Part shown: positions 11,101 to 24,103 of the stretch, piece after piece | How positions within the stretch are numbered: position 1 is the stretch's first letter | Layout: every line of letters starts with the position of its first letter | Origin: Mobula hypostoma | Lineage: Eukaryota | NCBI RefSeq assembly: GCF_963921235.1 | Contig: NC_086097.1 | Span: forward strand, 21,268,001-21,332,000 | Direction of reading: 5' to 3' | DNA: 64,000 nt | Position numbers and translations under genes: made by a program | The notes under the pieces: generated by a model | What the model was told of the DNA's origin: nothing | The model's database searches: none | What the model saw: the letters and a program-made list of their open reading frames with translations, nothing else

Positions 11101-13675
11101 CAGAAAGATCTAAAAAGGGGAGGGAGGTGTCCGAAATGGACCAGGTAAACTTGAGGGCAGGGTGGAGGCAAAGTTAATGATGTCAACGAGCTCTGCATGC
11201 GTGCAGGAAGCGGCACCAATGCAGTCATCCATGTTGCGAAGGAAAAGTGGGGACAGATACCAGCAGAGGTTTGGAACATAGATTGTTCCACAAAGCCAAC
11301 AAAAGGGCAGGCATAGCTAGGACCCATACGGGTGCCCATAGCTACACCTTTAGTTTGGAGGAAGTGGGAGGAGCCAAAGGAGAAATTGTTAAGAGTAAGG
11401 ACTAGATGGAGCAGATGGAGCAGAGTGGTGGTAGAGGGGAACTAATGCCCCACCTCCTCCTCGTACCCCATCCATTATTTATTTATATACACACATTCTT
11501 TTTCTCTCTCTCCTTTTTCTCCCTCTGTCCATCTCACTATACCCCTTGCCCATCCTCTGGGTTTCCCCTCCTCCCCCTTTTCTTTCTCCCTCGGCCTCCT
11601 GTCCCTTGATCGTCGCATATCCCTTTTGCTAATCAACTGTACAGCTCTTGGCTCCATCCCTCCCCCTCCTGTCTTCTCCTATCATTTTGGATGTCTCCCT
11701 CCCCCTCCCACTTTCAAATCTCTTACTAGCTCTTCTTTCAGTTAGTCCTGACGAAGGGTCTTGGCCTGAAGTGTCGAATGTACCTCTTTCTAGAGATGCT
11801 GCCTGGCCTGCTGCGTTCACCAGCAACTTTTATGTGTGTTGCTTGAATTTCCAGCATCTGCAGATCTCCTCATGTCCACGCTTATCACTATTGCTTCAAT
11901 TTCACTTTTTTTTAATATGATCCATAATGTGAAGTGTCCTTTGTATATTGTCTTGTGTTTGGCGTTGTTGTATAAAACCTGTCTGATCATTATGTATCAG
12001 TGTGGGTAGAAACTCTTCTAATTGTTTGGCCATGATGGAAGTAAATATTCTATAATCGACATTAATAACAGATATTGGTCTAAATGACCCACATTTCATT
12101 TTATCCTTGCCTTTTTTCAGTATGGCTGAGATTATCGCCTCCTTCCAGCTGGGTAGCATTTGTGCCTTTCTTCTGGTCCAGTTCAGTGTGGGGAGTAAAA
12201 TAGGAATTAACTCACTTCTAAACTCTTTATACCACTCTGCTGTATATCTATCTGATCCTGGTGACTTGCTTAATTTTATGCCTACTAAATGCTGTTTTTA
12301 GTTCAGTTATGTCAGCAGTCATCGTTCTATTTTGTTCTTTGCTTAAAGTGGGTAACTCTGAAGAGTTCAGCAAGGTGTCAATTTGGGTTATGCTTCCCCC
12401 TGGAACTTTTGAATATAGAGTTTTGTAAAACATTTCAAAAGCTTCTTGAATTTCACTTAGCTTATCTTTTTTTTATCACTTTTGTTCTTGGATCCCCTAT
12501 TCTATGAATCGTATTTTCTGCTATTTTTTTTTCAGTTTCCATGCCAGTATTTTCATAGATTTAGATCTACTTTCATAGTGTCTCTGTTTCAGAAACATTA
12601 AATTTTTTCTAATTTCTTGTATAGCCAAACTATTAATTTCATTCCTATTTTTTAAAATTTCCTCTAGTGTATTCTGTGCCAAACTCAATTTGTGTTTTTT
12701 TTTCTAGTTCCTTCAGCAAATTTTGTAATTCCTCTAATGATCTATTCCTTATTTTTTTCTTATATGAAGACATCGCTATAATTTTCCCTCTTAAGACAGC
12801 CTTCAGAGTATCCCATAGAATGGGACGTGAAACCTCTCCATTATCATTGAATTCGAAGTAAAGACCAATTTCTTTTTTAATTTGTTCCTTAAAATAGGGA
12901 TCATTGAGTAGACTTGAATTTAGTTTCCAAATAGTATTCTTTGGTTGTAGGTCAAAATCAACAGATAAATATATAGGTCTATGGTCACTTACGTCTATTG
13001 TCCCAATTCCACAGGTGATTATTTTGTGTCTATCTTTTCCAAATGTTATGAAATAGTCTATTCTTGTATATATGTAATGGGGGGCAGAATAATGAGTGTA
13101 ATCCCTTCTGTCGGGGAAAGGGTCCCTCCATATATCAATTAGACCAACATCCTCAAAAAGAGTGTTACTTTCTTATGTAAGGACTTTGTTTCATAAGTTT
13201 CTCTATTGGAAGAGTCTAACTTTGGTTGTAATTGTAAACTTAAGTCTCCCCCACATATCAAGAGACCTTCTGTTTCCGTTACCATAATATTAGTAATTTT
13301 CTGGAAGAAACTAATATCACTTCCTGGGGTTGCGTGTATATTCAATAAAGTAACTGGAATTCCATCTATATTCCCCCTTACCAGGATATATCTGCCCTCC
13401 CTATCTCCCATTTCAAATACTTTTTCAAAATTTAGCTTACTTGAGATGAGAATAGCAACTCCTCTTCTATGTCCTGATTTATATGAGGAGAAAAACAAAT
13501 TAGTGAAGCCCGTTCTCTTTAATTTTCCATGCTCATTATCACTTAAGTGAGTTTCCTGTAAATATACTACATGGGCTTGTTCTTTTTTCATTTTTGATAG
13601 AATTTTGCTGCGCTTGACTGGATTCAACACCCCATTAACATTAAAAGAAATGAATTTTACTTTGTCCTTAGCCAT
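8200..13675 (-). pseudogene. L1 ORF2p remnant (APE endonuclease + RT), RT core missing; 3' limit approximate
   Basis: SFNVNG..LQETH..GGD endonuclease motifs (13139-13675), RPISVINVDYRI..DQTGF RT N-terminal part (11902-12159) and MNILPRLLYLFQ (9314-9523). Confidence 0.85.
9745..11875 (-). mobile_element. Penelope-like element, 5'-truncated, with inverted ~440-bp terminal repeats
   Basis: RT fragment MGTRMGPSYAC and GIY-YIG endonuclease VIYCVRCSRCGLLYIGET..R..EH (10180-11070). 9745-10184 is repeated in inverted orientation at 11441-11875. Confidence 0.92.
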
Positions 13676-14106
13676 GTGTATTTATCTGTTAGTATATCAT
13701 TGAAACTTGCAGAATAATCGATCTACTCCCTGAACAAATAAGAGCCAGGAAATGCGAATAATAAAAAAAATGGTAACGAAGATGTGATTCTGAGGCTGGG
13801 GTCTCTAGATGACCCTGGGTTGGGCTAGAAGAAAAGTCTAGCCGTGGGGGATAGCTGCTCCTACCTGTGGGTTGAGGGCCCCTGTTGCAGTTTCTATAAA
13901 AGTAAGTAAAAAAACTATGTCCATTACACAGAAATGATTTCCCTGTGTATTTCTCCCATGTATATATTCTCATTTAGGTGGGGAAAAAGGAATGAGTAAA
14001 TGAATTTTTAAAAAATTGAGTAATATAAAATCCACATTATTGCACGTGTTTCTCGAGATAGGTATATCAACGTCTATTTTTTGCTTCCATTTAGTTTATC
14101 AGCACT

Positions 14107-15115
14107 TTAAAAGTTCGCCAAACTCAATGGCTCTTCTGGAGGAGGTGAAGGCTGCCCTTGGAGAACTGACAGTCTCTTCCTAATATCCTTCTCTCGTCCT
14201 GCTCCCGTCCCCTGCTTTCTCGGTTCTCTTACTATTTCCCAAGCAGTTCGGGACAACTGCTCAGCCAGACTTTTCCTTGGTTTGACCACACTAATGGACA
14301 GTCCTCTGTTGTTCATGTCTGTAGTCGCCTCTTCTACCGTCTGGTATAGTCGTATCTCTTCTTGGTAAAATACCCTCAGTTTAGCAGGGTACGGGGTTTG
14401 GAATTTAATCTTTTCTTGCTTTAATATTCGTTTCGCTTCGGAATATTCCTTCCGCTTCTGTAGGACCACCGGGGGTAATCATGATCGAAGTATATTAACT
14501 TCCCGTTCCAAAAAAACCCTCTTCGTACCCCAGGCCCTTCATAGAATCTCCGCCTTGCTCTTGAATTGAAGGAATTTAAGTACTATTGAGCGCGGTTTAC
14601 TTTGTCTGTCTCCGAGAGGCCGCTGATTGAGCGAACGATGTGCCCTCTCAATTTCAATCTCCAGCGCTTCCTGCAGCAGCTTGTCTACAAGGCCCATCAT
14701 CGACAATCCCTCTGCTCCTTCGGGAACATTATAAATCCTGATACTTTTCCGTCGCGATCTGCCCTCCTGGTCAAGCAATTTACTTTCCTGTTGATTTAAT
14801 ATTTTTATCGTCTTACTTAGTATCTGTTCCACGTTTTGCCAGCGATCTTCCACCTTCTCAATTTGAGTCTCTGCCACCACTATTTTCTGATTGACGTTGG
14901 CTAGCTCTGACTTTATATCATTGAGTTGCTGCTTTATATCTTTTTGAACTTCCCTTATCTCTTCTAGAATCTTTATCATATTTGCCGCTTTGCCTGCATG
15001 AGGCCCCGCGTCAGCCTCGCCACCACGCGCACGTGTAGGAGAGCCACGCGCTGCACCTCTCTCTTCCCTAGGCTCTGCAGTGATGCTTTTTTTTATCTCC
15101 ATTCTTTTTCCCCAT
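14107..15115 (-). pseudogene. L1 ORF1p remnant (coiled coil + RRM/CTD)
   Basis: RSRRKSIRIYNVPEGAEG, EIERAHR, PRSIVLKF and YPAKLRV motifs; frameshifts. Confidence 0.85.
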
Positions 15116-15475
15116 TCTTGCCCCCCTTATCAATTCAGATATTTTCGCAAGATCTTGTATTTGATGGATTAACGGGGCAAAATATGCTTTTTTCTGGAGG
15201 AGGTGTTGATTTAAGCTGCCATTCTGAATGATGATGTCACTGGAACCTGCTCTTGTATCTTTAACTGAAATCATTATATAGCTAAAAAAAAAAATTTCTT
15301 ATTAAAACTTGTAAACTCTTCCTTGGAACTTGTAAGTCAGCATTTTTCTTCTGGATCCCAACTCCTGTACTCTGATTTATGAAGGTGTGTTGTGGTGTAC
15401 TAAATTTTGTAAAATATTGGATGAAAGTCTGAACAGCTCCAAATGACACATTAACTCTTTGTGAGCTCGCGGCAT

Positions 15476-16044
15476 GTAAAGGTGTCAAGGTATCTGTACA
15501 AGTTAAACACTGTAGGTTTGTTAGATGTTTGCTGATTGAGGCTGGAGTCTTCCTTGGCCTCAGGCACCAGTGGCATGAGAACTAAAGACCAACGAGTTTA
15601 TCTGTCTCAGTGCATCTCTCATTGCTTGTGGAACTCCTAAAGAAACCATGCTGAGATGGTGGGATGAGAACAAAAGATCAAAGAGTTTGTCTGTCACCTT
15701 ATGTGTCTCTATGCTTGGGACTTCACCTAGACTGAGAGATTATGATTAGTGCCTAGGACGGTCTTGGGGTGATTTTATGAGTTGGAATTCGGAGTTCCCC
15801 CAACAACAGTGATAATCAAGTCCCCCGATGACAGCAACAATCAAGTGGAGACTACAAATAGTGTACCTTGAAAACTTTGTGGAATCTTTGTAACTTACTA
15901 AGTATTATATTGTGTGGTTGATTTTTGCTCTTTATTTTATGGTAATAAATTAGAGTTAAATTACTCTGTTGTGCTTGTATGGTTATTACCACCTCTCAGA
16001 TTGGTTTTGGTTTTTTTGGGTCTGATTTAACCCAGGCCATTACA
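15476..16044 (+). mobile_element. Possible old solo LTR
   Basis: TGTAA...TTACA ends, two pairs of internal direct repeats and AATAAA near the 3' end; no convincing TSD. Confidence 0.35.
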
Positions 16045-17040
16045 CATTGAAGACCAATGTGCTAAAAGCTCTTGTTATGGCCCTATCTACCCATTATGCC
16101 ACTTTGAAGGAATTATGAATCCGTATCCCCAGATCTCTTTGTTCTACCGCACTCTTCAGTGCTCGACTGTTCACTGTGTAAGTCTACCCTTGTTTGTCCT
16201 CCCAAAGTGCAAGACCTCTCACTTCTCTGCATGTTGCTCATTGTCCACAGATGAAGCTGCTTGGATCAATAACTTGTGTATAAGGTCACAGGAGCAGAAT
16301 TTGGCCAATTGGGCCCATCAAGTTGGCTCTGCCCTTCTTTCTAAGCAGATTTTATTATCCTTCTCAACCCCATTCTCTTGCCTCTCTCAATAACCTTTTG
16401 CGCCCTTACTAATCGAGAATCTATCAACCTCTGCTTTAAATATACCCCATGACCTCCTTGAAAGTGGCATCACAAATAGAAAGGGCTTTAAAGAGGGCTA
16501 CGGGCATATTGGCTTTCATGAATCAGAATACTGAGTATAGGAGTTGGGATGTTATGTTGAAGTTGTCCTTCAACTTAACAACTTGATCTTGATCATACTT
16601 GCTCCATAGCAGCATTGTTGCTTTGTGTAGTTGTAGATGTTACTGGCAATGCTGACATTTTGTGTTCAAATTCCACTCTGAAATGAGACTGTTAAGAGTC
16701 AACCATATTTGTATGGCAAATTGGAAAGTTGAAGCCCTTGGTGTGCATAAATGTACAGCGACGTTACTGTGGGTGGAATGAATAGACAAATGAAATAGAG
16801 TAGATCTTAGATTAGTTTGTGTGTATGGTTTAATGGCATGTCATCTGTGTGGTTTGGAGAGATAAGCGTTACAAAGGGCATTGCGAGTACATATGTTAAT
16901 CCCTCCGAAGAGTATAATAGGCTGAAGAGATTATTCAGGTGCAACCTAATCAACAGAATGATTTGACATTGTTGGATATTGAAACGTAGGATTACAATTT
17001 AAGATCTGTAGACTTCTCTGGGTTAAATGAGATATAACTA

Positions 17041-17475
17041 TAGTACTGTGCAAAAGTCTTAAGCACAGAGGATCTTGGAAATGGTGAGGATGGAGCACTG
17101 CGGGAGGGATATGGGACAGGTGGCAGAGAAGAAGTGCCGGGAGGGGGTGCCGGGGGTGCAGACACACCAAGCCCTGAGATACCAGGCAAGGTCATTTGAT
17201 TCCAAACAACTGGTTTATTGATCATTACAGAACGTCTCTTTGGTGCTTCCCGCTCCCTTGCCCTTTTCCCAACCATGATTCCCCTCTCCCTGCCTCCTTC
17301 CCAATCTCTGTCTGCAATAGAGACCCATATCAGAATCAGGTCTATCATCACTCACACATGTAATTAGTTTTTTTTTGCAGCAGTACAGTGCAATACATAA
17401 AATGACTACGGTACCGTGGAAAGTTCTTCGGCAGCCCAGCTATATCTATGTGCTTAAGACTTTTGCAGAGCACTG
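17041..17475. mobile_element. Tc1/mariner-type non-autonomous composite element, copy 1
   Basis: TIRs (C/T)AGTACTGTGCAAAAGTCTTAAGCAC ... GTGCTTAAGACTTTTGCAGAGCACTG with TA flanks; core shared with 24104-24622. Confidence 0.75.
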
Positions 17476-18629
17476 TATTAGTTAAGTACACAATTTTTCC
17501 CAAAGAGTCACCAGACTATTCTGACTGTGTTCGCACTGATGAAAACAAGTGTAAAATTGTAGTTCTCTCCATTCTTACGGGCAGACACAAGGATCTAGTC
17601 TCAAAGTCACAGAGAGAGGCAGTTACTTCTGCCCATTGAATCTGTGCTGACCATTCTTACAATAAGCCAAACATGTCCCATTTTATTCCCTGAACATTAC
17701 CATTGCAAAGGGTGGTATATCTGTAGAATTCATTGCCACTGATGGTTGTGGATGCCAAGTCATTGGCTATATTTACAGCAGTGTTGATAGGTTCTAATTA
17801 ATAAGGGTGTCAAAGGTTATGGGAAGAAGGCAGAGGAATAGTGATGAGAGGGAAAATAAATCAGCCAACAATCTCCTTTCCCAATTAAGCGGCACAGTGT
17901 CCCAAATAAATAAAAGGAAGCCTGCTATTTTCTGAATTAGTTTTTGTTCTTTAAGCGTTGTCCTAAGTAAGTGGCTGCCCCGATTAACCAGAATCTACTG
18001 TACATAATAATACAAGCAAGCATAGAGAAGTTAAGCTACAAGAAAAATAACAATTCTACTCCATAATCTAACAGCCATCATCTCAATGTATGGTAGAGCA
18101 GGTGTACTCCTGCTCCTGGTACTTCTGTTTTCCCCTGCACCTCTAGTATTATGTGAGTAAGTAGATTACCTTTATAGTCAAGGTGTTTGTCCGTTGTCGA
18201 TGTCAATGAGGACCTCGACACCATTATGATGGTGTTGAGACTAGCACGTGATTTGGATTTAAGTGAGGGAGAGTTGCGCAGCGTCAGCCTCACTCTCTCT
18301 TCCCAATTCCCATCTGGATCCAGTGGCAAGACAGAGTTGAGATGGCTAGAGATGGGACTAGGCGCAGTGGATGACCAAGACATCTTCTGTGTCTTGTCCT
18401 GCTCTACATGTTCCACGACGCCAGTTAGTCTGTTCAAAATGGTCCTGAAGCATAGAGATCGCCTCATTAGGCCTTACAGTGATGGTCCTCTTGACTGACT
18501 TCTCTCGTTCCAGCAGTGGTTGGAATTCTGGGTTAACATTATGGAAATATGGTCAGACAGGCCAAGGTGAGGATGTGGGATGGCTGTTTAAGTTCTGTGC
18601 CTGTTTGTGTTAACATGGACGTAGCTATG

Positions 18630-19360
18630 GAGAACAAACTAGAAGGTGATAGGTGAAGCCAGGTGGGCGAGGGAGGGGAATGAATTAAGAAACTCCTTCC
18701 CTTTCCCCACCACCTTATTCTGGCATCTTACCCCTTTCTTTGCATTCCGATGAAGGGTCTCAACCTGAAATGTCGACTGTTTATTCATTTCCATCGATGC
18801 TGCCTGACCTTCTGAGTTCCTCCACCATTTTGTGCGGAAGCCCTCTCTCACTGCCCCCCCCGTGATATCTGCTGCTCTTCGACCACGTGCTCACTCACAC
18901 TCGCCACCACAGCTACAGATCATTCTTGGAAACATGTCCATTTTCCGGTAATTTTCCCCCCCTCACCTTTTTCCCTTCTTTAATTCCTCACACTCTTGTC
19001 TCCTCTTACCTCTTTTCCTAATCTGCTTATCACCTCCCCTGGTTCCCCTCCTCGTTCCCTTTCTCCCATGATCCACTCTTCTCTCCTATCAGATTCCTTC
19101 CTATCCAGCTGTTTACTTTTTCCACCTTTCACCTCCCAGCTTCTTACTTCATACCCCCACCATTCCTCACCCATCTGGCTTCACCTATCACCTTCCAGCT
19201 TGTACTCCTTCCCCTCCCCCCACATTCTTATTCTGGCATCTTCCCCCTTCCTTTGCGATCCGGATGATGGGTCCTGGCCCAAAACTTTGACCGTTTATTC
19301 ATTTTCTTATATGCTGCCTGACCGGCTGAGTTCCTCCACCATTTTGTGTGTGTTGCCCTA
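18630..19360 (+). mobile_element. Penelope-like terminal repeat fragments (two)
   Basis: Pyrimidine-rich segment plus GATGAAGGGTCT..GAAATGTCGACTG..GCTGCCTGACC motifs, shared with the 9745-11875 element. Confidence 0.7.
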
Positions 19361-20330
19361 AATTCAATTCAATTCAAGTTGAATTGTCATTCAACCATAC
19401 GTGAATACTCATGGTGCAACCAAATGAGACAGTGTCACTCTGGGGTCAAAGTACAAAACACAGTACCAACAGTCACACACAGCACAAAGCACACATAGCA
19501 CATATACAGCCACTCAATTAAAGAGTCCAAGCTCAAGCCATCCAACACTGCAGAAGTCTGTAGATGACCACGACAGATCTTGTCTTCTGCCAAGCGAACA
19601 CTGGTGTGTGGGAGAGGGCAGCACCAGCTCCAGTATGGATGCTGCACCATGCTCCCCCTCCTTACCCCCACCCCCACCCCGGTGGAGTGCAGGCTTCGAC
19701 GCCTCTCTTCCGGCAGCTGTAAACAGGCGATACTGCGGCTTAAGGCCAAGTCAAGCTAAATGCTGCTGAGATCTGAAGTCAACCACAACCACAATACTGC
19801 TTGAGCAAAATCTTGTTTGGGGGGAGTGCAGCAAGTGTATAGATGCCATTGGTACCCTCAAGGGCGGTCATCTCACAGCCTAACCAGGAGTCCTGGCTGA
19901 ACACTGATGTGCACTCCTTACTAAAACCCTTCAAGTCTGGTGACAGAACAGCTCTCAGAGCAACTAGCAGAAACCTTATTTTAGGCAATAAAGGGGCAAA
20001 GGATTAGAATCAGAATCAGGTTTAATATCACCAGCAAACATTGTGAAATTTGTTAACTTTACGGCAGCAGTAAAAAGCAACACTTGTTTGGGGGGAGTGC
20101 AGCACCAATTCCAGCCCAGACGTCATGCCACACCACCTCCGGTGGAGCTCACCAAATCCAACATCTCCTGGCGGCTGTAAACGGGCGACACAATGACTTG
20201 ATGCTTAGTCCTCGCTTCGACCAAGGCCGCGCCGCTCTCTCGCATCTGCCCTTGCTCTCTGACAATCGAACTTGAGGCATACCACGTTAATAATGTCCAA
20301 AAGGTTCTTGCGATCGCAAGAAAAACGACC

Positions 20331-20612
20331 TATGGCTAGCGTGAGAGGGCATAGTTTTAAGGTGCTTGGAAGTAGGTACAGAGGAGACGTCAGGGGTAGG
20401 TTTTTTTACACAGAGGGGGGTGAGTGTGTGGAATGGGCTGCCGGCAGTGGTTGTGGAGGCGGATACGATAGGGTCTTTTAAGAGACTCCTGGATAGCTTC
20501 ATGGAGCTTAGAGAAATAGAGGGCTATGGGTAACCCCAGGTAGTTCTAAGGTTCGGCACAGCTTTGTGGGCCGAAGGGCCTGTATTGTGCTGTAGGTTTT
20601 CTATGTTTCTAT
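20331..20612 (+). mobile_element. Short CR1 3' end, same subfamily as 3062-5228
   Basis: Near-identical to 4940-5228, including the TTTCTATG tail. Confidence 0.85.
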
Positions 20613-21869
20613 GACCAAGACAGTTATTTGCTATTACAACGTACGCCTCCTTGGACTCGGACATCAGCACGTTGCACAACTCCTTCATTTTCCCTGCCAG
20701 TGAGCCACGCATTGATAGGGTAGACTTGTAGTCCTTTTAGTTCTTAATATTCAGCAGGAACTTGTGATCATTCGAATAATGTTTAAATACGACAGCAGCA
20801 CCTTTTGTTGACCCTGTAGAAGCCGCAGTAATTGACTGCGCCGCCAGCTTACTGGAGGGAAAAGCATTGTGTGTGTCTTCAGGGTCCTGTACCTCCTCTC
20901 TGACAGAAATAAGAAGAGAGCATGTTCTAGTTGATTGGGGTCATTAATGGTGGAAGGCACCTTTTCGAAGCCTTGCCCTTTGAAGATGTCCTCGGTGCTG
21001 GAAAGGCTATTGCCCATGATGGAGTTGGCTGAGTTTGCAAACCTGTCCAGGTTTTTCTGACCCAGGGCAGTGGCCCCTCCATGCCAGATGATGAAGCAAC
21101 CAGTTAGAATGCTCTCCACAATGCATCTGTATAAATTTGTTAGTCTTTGGTGACATATCAAGCCTCCTAAGCATCATTGGACCTGCAGCACTTCGAGCTT
21201 TCCATCGATTAGTTATTCAACGTAAGGAAGTGGGTGTTGCTAACTGCTGTTTGAATTGTGTGACCTGCTGGCTGTGAGAGGAGTTTTAGAGCCAACGATT
21301 TAGGCCAGTGGGGAAGGAAGGCTGATTTCCTATTCTAAAGAATATTAGTGCAACAGATGGAAACTTTACAACCTAGTAGTTTTGTGGTCACTTTACAAAT
21401 ACTGTACTTTCATTCCAAATTTCGGAAGTACTTTTGACTAGAAATTCATTCCCAGTGCAATGCTAAATAGTCACATAGTGCATCGTACTTTGCTTCTGTG
21501 GTTAGTTCCATGGAAGTCATAAAATGAATCTAAATGGCAGAATCATGCTATTAGTGCTGTGTGACAAATGATGTTTGAGCAACAGATGACGAGTTTCTTG
21601 GTTTTGTTTTGTCTTCATTGTATGTCAGAAGTAGCGGAGTGGTCAGATGAGGATAATCTAATGTTCGCAAATCATAGAACTTAGAATACTGCAGGCCCTT
21701 TATGAACCAAATAAATCAGTAATCAAGTGTCCAACTAATCCCTTCGGTCCACACACCTTTCCAATTCCTGTCCATTTATGTACCTGTCTGAAAGCTTCCT
21801 GAATGCCCCGGCGTATTTTCCTCCATCGCCGCACTAGGCATCACATTCCAGGCAACCAGCACTCCCTGT

Positions 21870-22123
21870 GGGTGCCACGACAACCTGGTGGTTAGCATGA
21901 CACTATTACAGTTCAGAGGTCAATTCTGCCACTGCCCCTGTGAATGCATGGGTTTCCTCCGGGTGCTCTGGTGCTCTGGCGTTCCAAAGACGTAACCGGT
22001 TGGTAGGTTAACTGGTCATTGTTGTAAGCTGTCCTGTGGTCAGGCTAGGGTGAAATAGGTGGGTGGCTGGGCTGTGTGGCTTGTTGAGCCCGAAGGGCCT
22101 GTTCCAGGCTGTATTTCTAAATA
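21870..22123 (+). mobile_element. V-SINE/HE1-like SINE (degenerate); other copies at ~22945-23220(-), ~30985-31300, ~51105-51420(-) and ~60583-60880
   Basis: tRNA-like head and central TGGGTTTCCTCCGGGTGCTC..CCAAAGACGT domain. Confidence 0.7.
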
Positions 22124-24103
22124 ATGATCAGTGCAGATTTTTAGCCGAGTTTACTGATGGCGGGGGGGGGGGTGGGGGGGAACAATTGTGCATGGGATAA
22201 CTTAAAGCCATTCAGTTACAACACTGGTGTGTTGTGGTCTTGCTTTACTATGAATGCAGTGTATAAACTGCCTCCACAGTGCTTTTCTGTGTGGGGAGGG
22301 GTGATCTGGAATATGCAGATGCCTTGAAACAGCGATATCATTAGGTTTTTCTTTAGCTGTAAACAGCTGGTCCTTGTGGGAGGTGCTGAGGTGCTGAAGG
22401 AAAGTGCAAAATGCCGTTACTGCACACATTAAGGCATATTCCAGGACCATAGCCGTCAAGAACAGCAGCTCGTGACCTGCAGGTCACACAGAGGGTGTTC
22501 TGCATCATGTTCAACACCCGCTGCATATAAGCCATTTATCTCAGCACCATCTACTGTATCTGTGTGTGTGCATGTGAGACTGCGCTGAATTAATATTACT
22601 CAATGAAGCATGACACTGGCGTTGAATGCAATTATTTCCTGAATTATTTCCAAGTGACAGTAAAGAGAATTCTGGCCTTAGAGCTATTCCTCCAGCCCTT
22701 ATGATTTATCATTAAGAATGGGGCCTCAATGATTGATAAGTACTGGGCGGTGAATAGTTCCCATAACAGGTGATGTTCAAATAAAGTCTCATTTACTGAT
22801 CCAATTCTGTGTTCAATGTCATTCATGACAAATCCAACCATCGGGCTGTCCTTTCCACCATGCTGAAATTTTACAGAGAAGTGATTCTTCTATATTGCAA
22901 TTCAACTTGGGGGCTGTTGTAGGTTTCAAAATATTTGAAAATCTAAAAATTAGCTTTATTTGTCAGTTGTGCATCAGAAGATTGAAGCATACAGTGAAAT
23001 GCGTCACTTGCGTAAACGACCAACACGGTCCATGGACGTGCTGGGGCAGCCCGCGAGTGTCGCCATGCTTCCAGTGCTAACATGGAATGCCCACGACTTA
23101 CTAACCCTAAATCACATGTTTTTTTTTTAGAACGTGGGAGGAAACCGGTGAATCTGGACGATATTCATGCAGTCATGAGAATGTATAAACTTCTTACAGA
23201 CATCGGTGGGAGTTGGGGAATTAGGGTGATAGATTAGGAATGTATGTACAAAGTTTAGCCATTCACCCTCCTGAATTAGTTCCATTACTGGTCTACGACT
23301 AGAGGGGGCAGACTCAGAATAGAAAGATGCCCCTTTAGAACAAAGATGAGGAGGAATTTCTTTAGCCAGAGGGTGGCGAATCTGTGGAATTCATTGCCAC
23401 AGATGGCTGTGAAGGTGATTGGGTATATTTTAAGCGGAAGTTGGTGAGTTCTTGATCAGTAAGGGTGTCAAAAGTTAATGGGGGAGAAGGCAGGAGAATG
23501 TGGTTGAGAGGGATAATAAATTAGCCACAATGGAATGGCAGAGCATCTTTGATTGGCTGAATTGCCTAATTCTGCTCCTATATGGTCATTTGGTTAAATA
23601 AAAGCAGATGCATATCTGCGCACTTTGGTTCCATAACTCTCAAACCTATCAATCTATATTTCAGACTCCAGAAGTTTTTTTTGTTTGGGGGTAGGATGGA
23701 GAGAAGGGAGTTCCGGATTATTTTGTGCATACAAGTGCTTCCTGATGCCATTTTAAAAAAATAGCCCAGCCTAGTTTTAAAATTGTTCTGGTCTGATCCT
23801 TCCTGTCAGAGCAAACAGTTTCTTTCAGTCTCCTTTAGTAACCTTAACCCATCCCTGACTTGATAAGATTTCCTTGCTGCTACCATCTATTCCTTATGCT
23901 TCTTCTTGAGGCTTGCTGTGTCAGTTTGAAATCTATCTTGTTCCCTGCACTTCAAAACTATATAATTCCTTTATTCCTCCCATGGAATCAGAATCAGGGT
24001 TATTATCACCGGCATGTGTCGTGAAATTTGTTAACTGGACATTTGTTCAAGTTCAAGCTTATGGTCATTCAATGTTCCTCCAGACCAAGGTGCACAACAC
24101 ATG

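Larger units (their letters stand above)
7964..15246 (-). mobile_element. Full-length L1-clade LINE (degenerate), interrupted by a Penelope insertion
   Basis: TSD CTGCTCTTGTA(C/T)CTT at 7949-7963 and 15247-15261. A-rich tail on the minus strand at ~7964-7985. ORF1 and ORF2 remnants are in the correct order. Confidence 0.92.
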
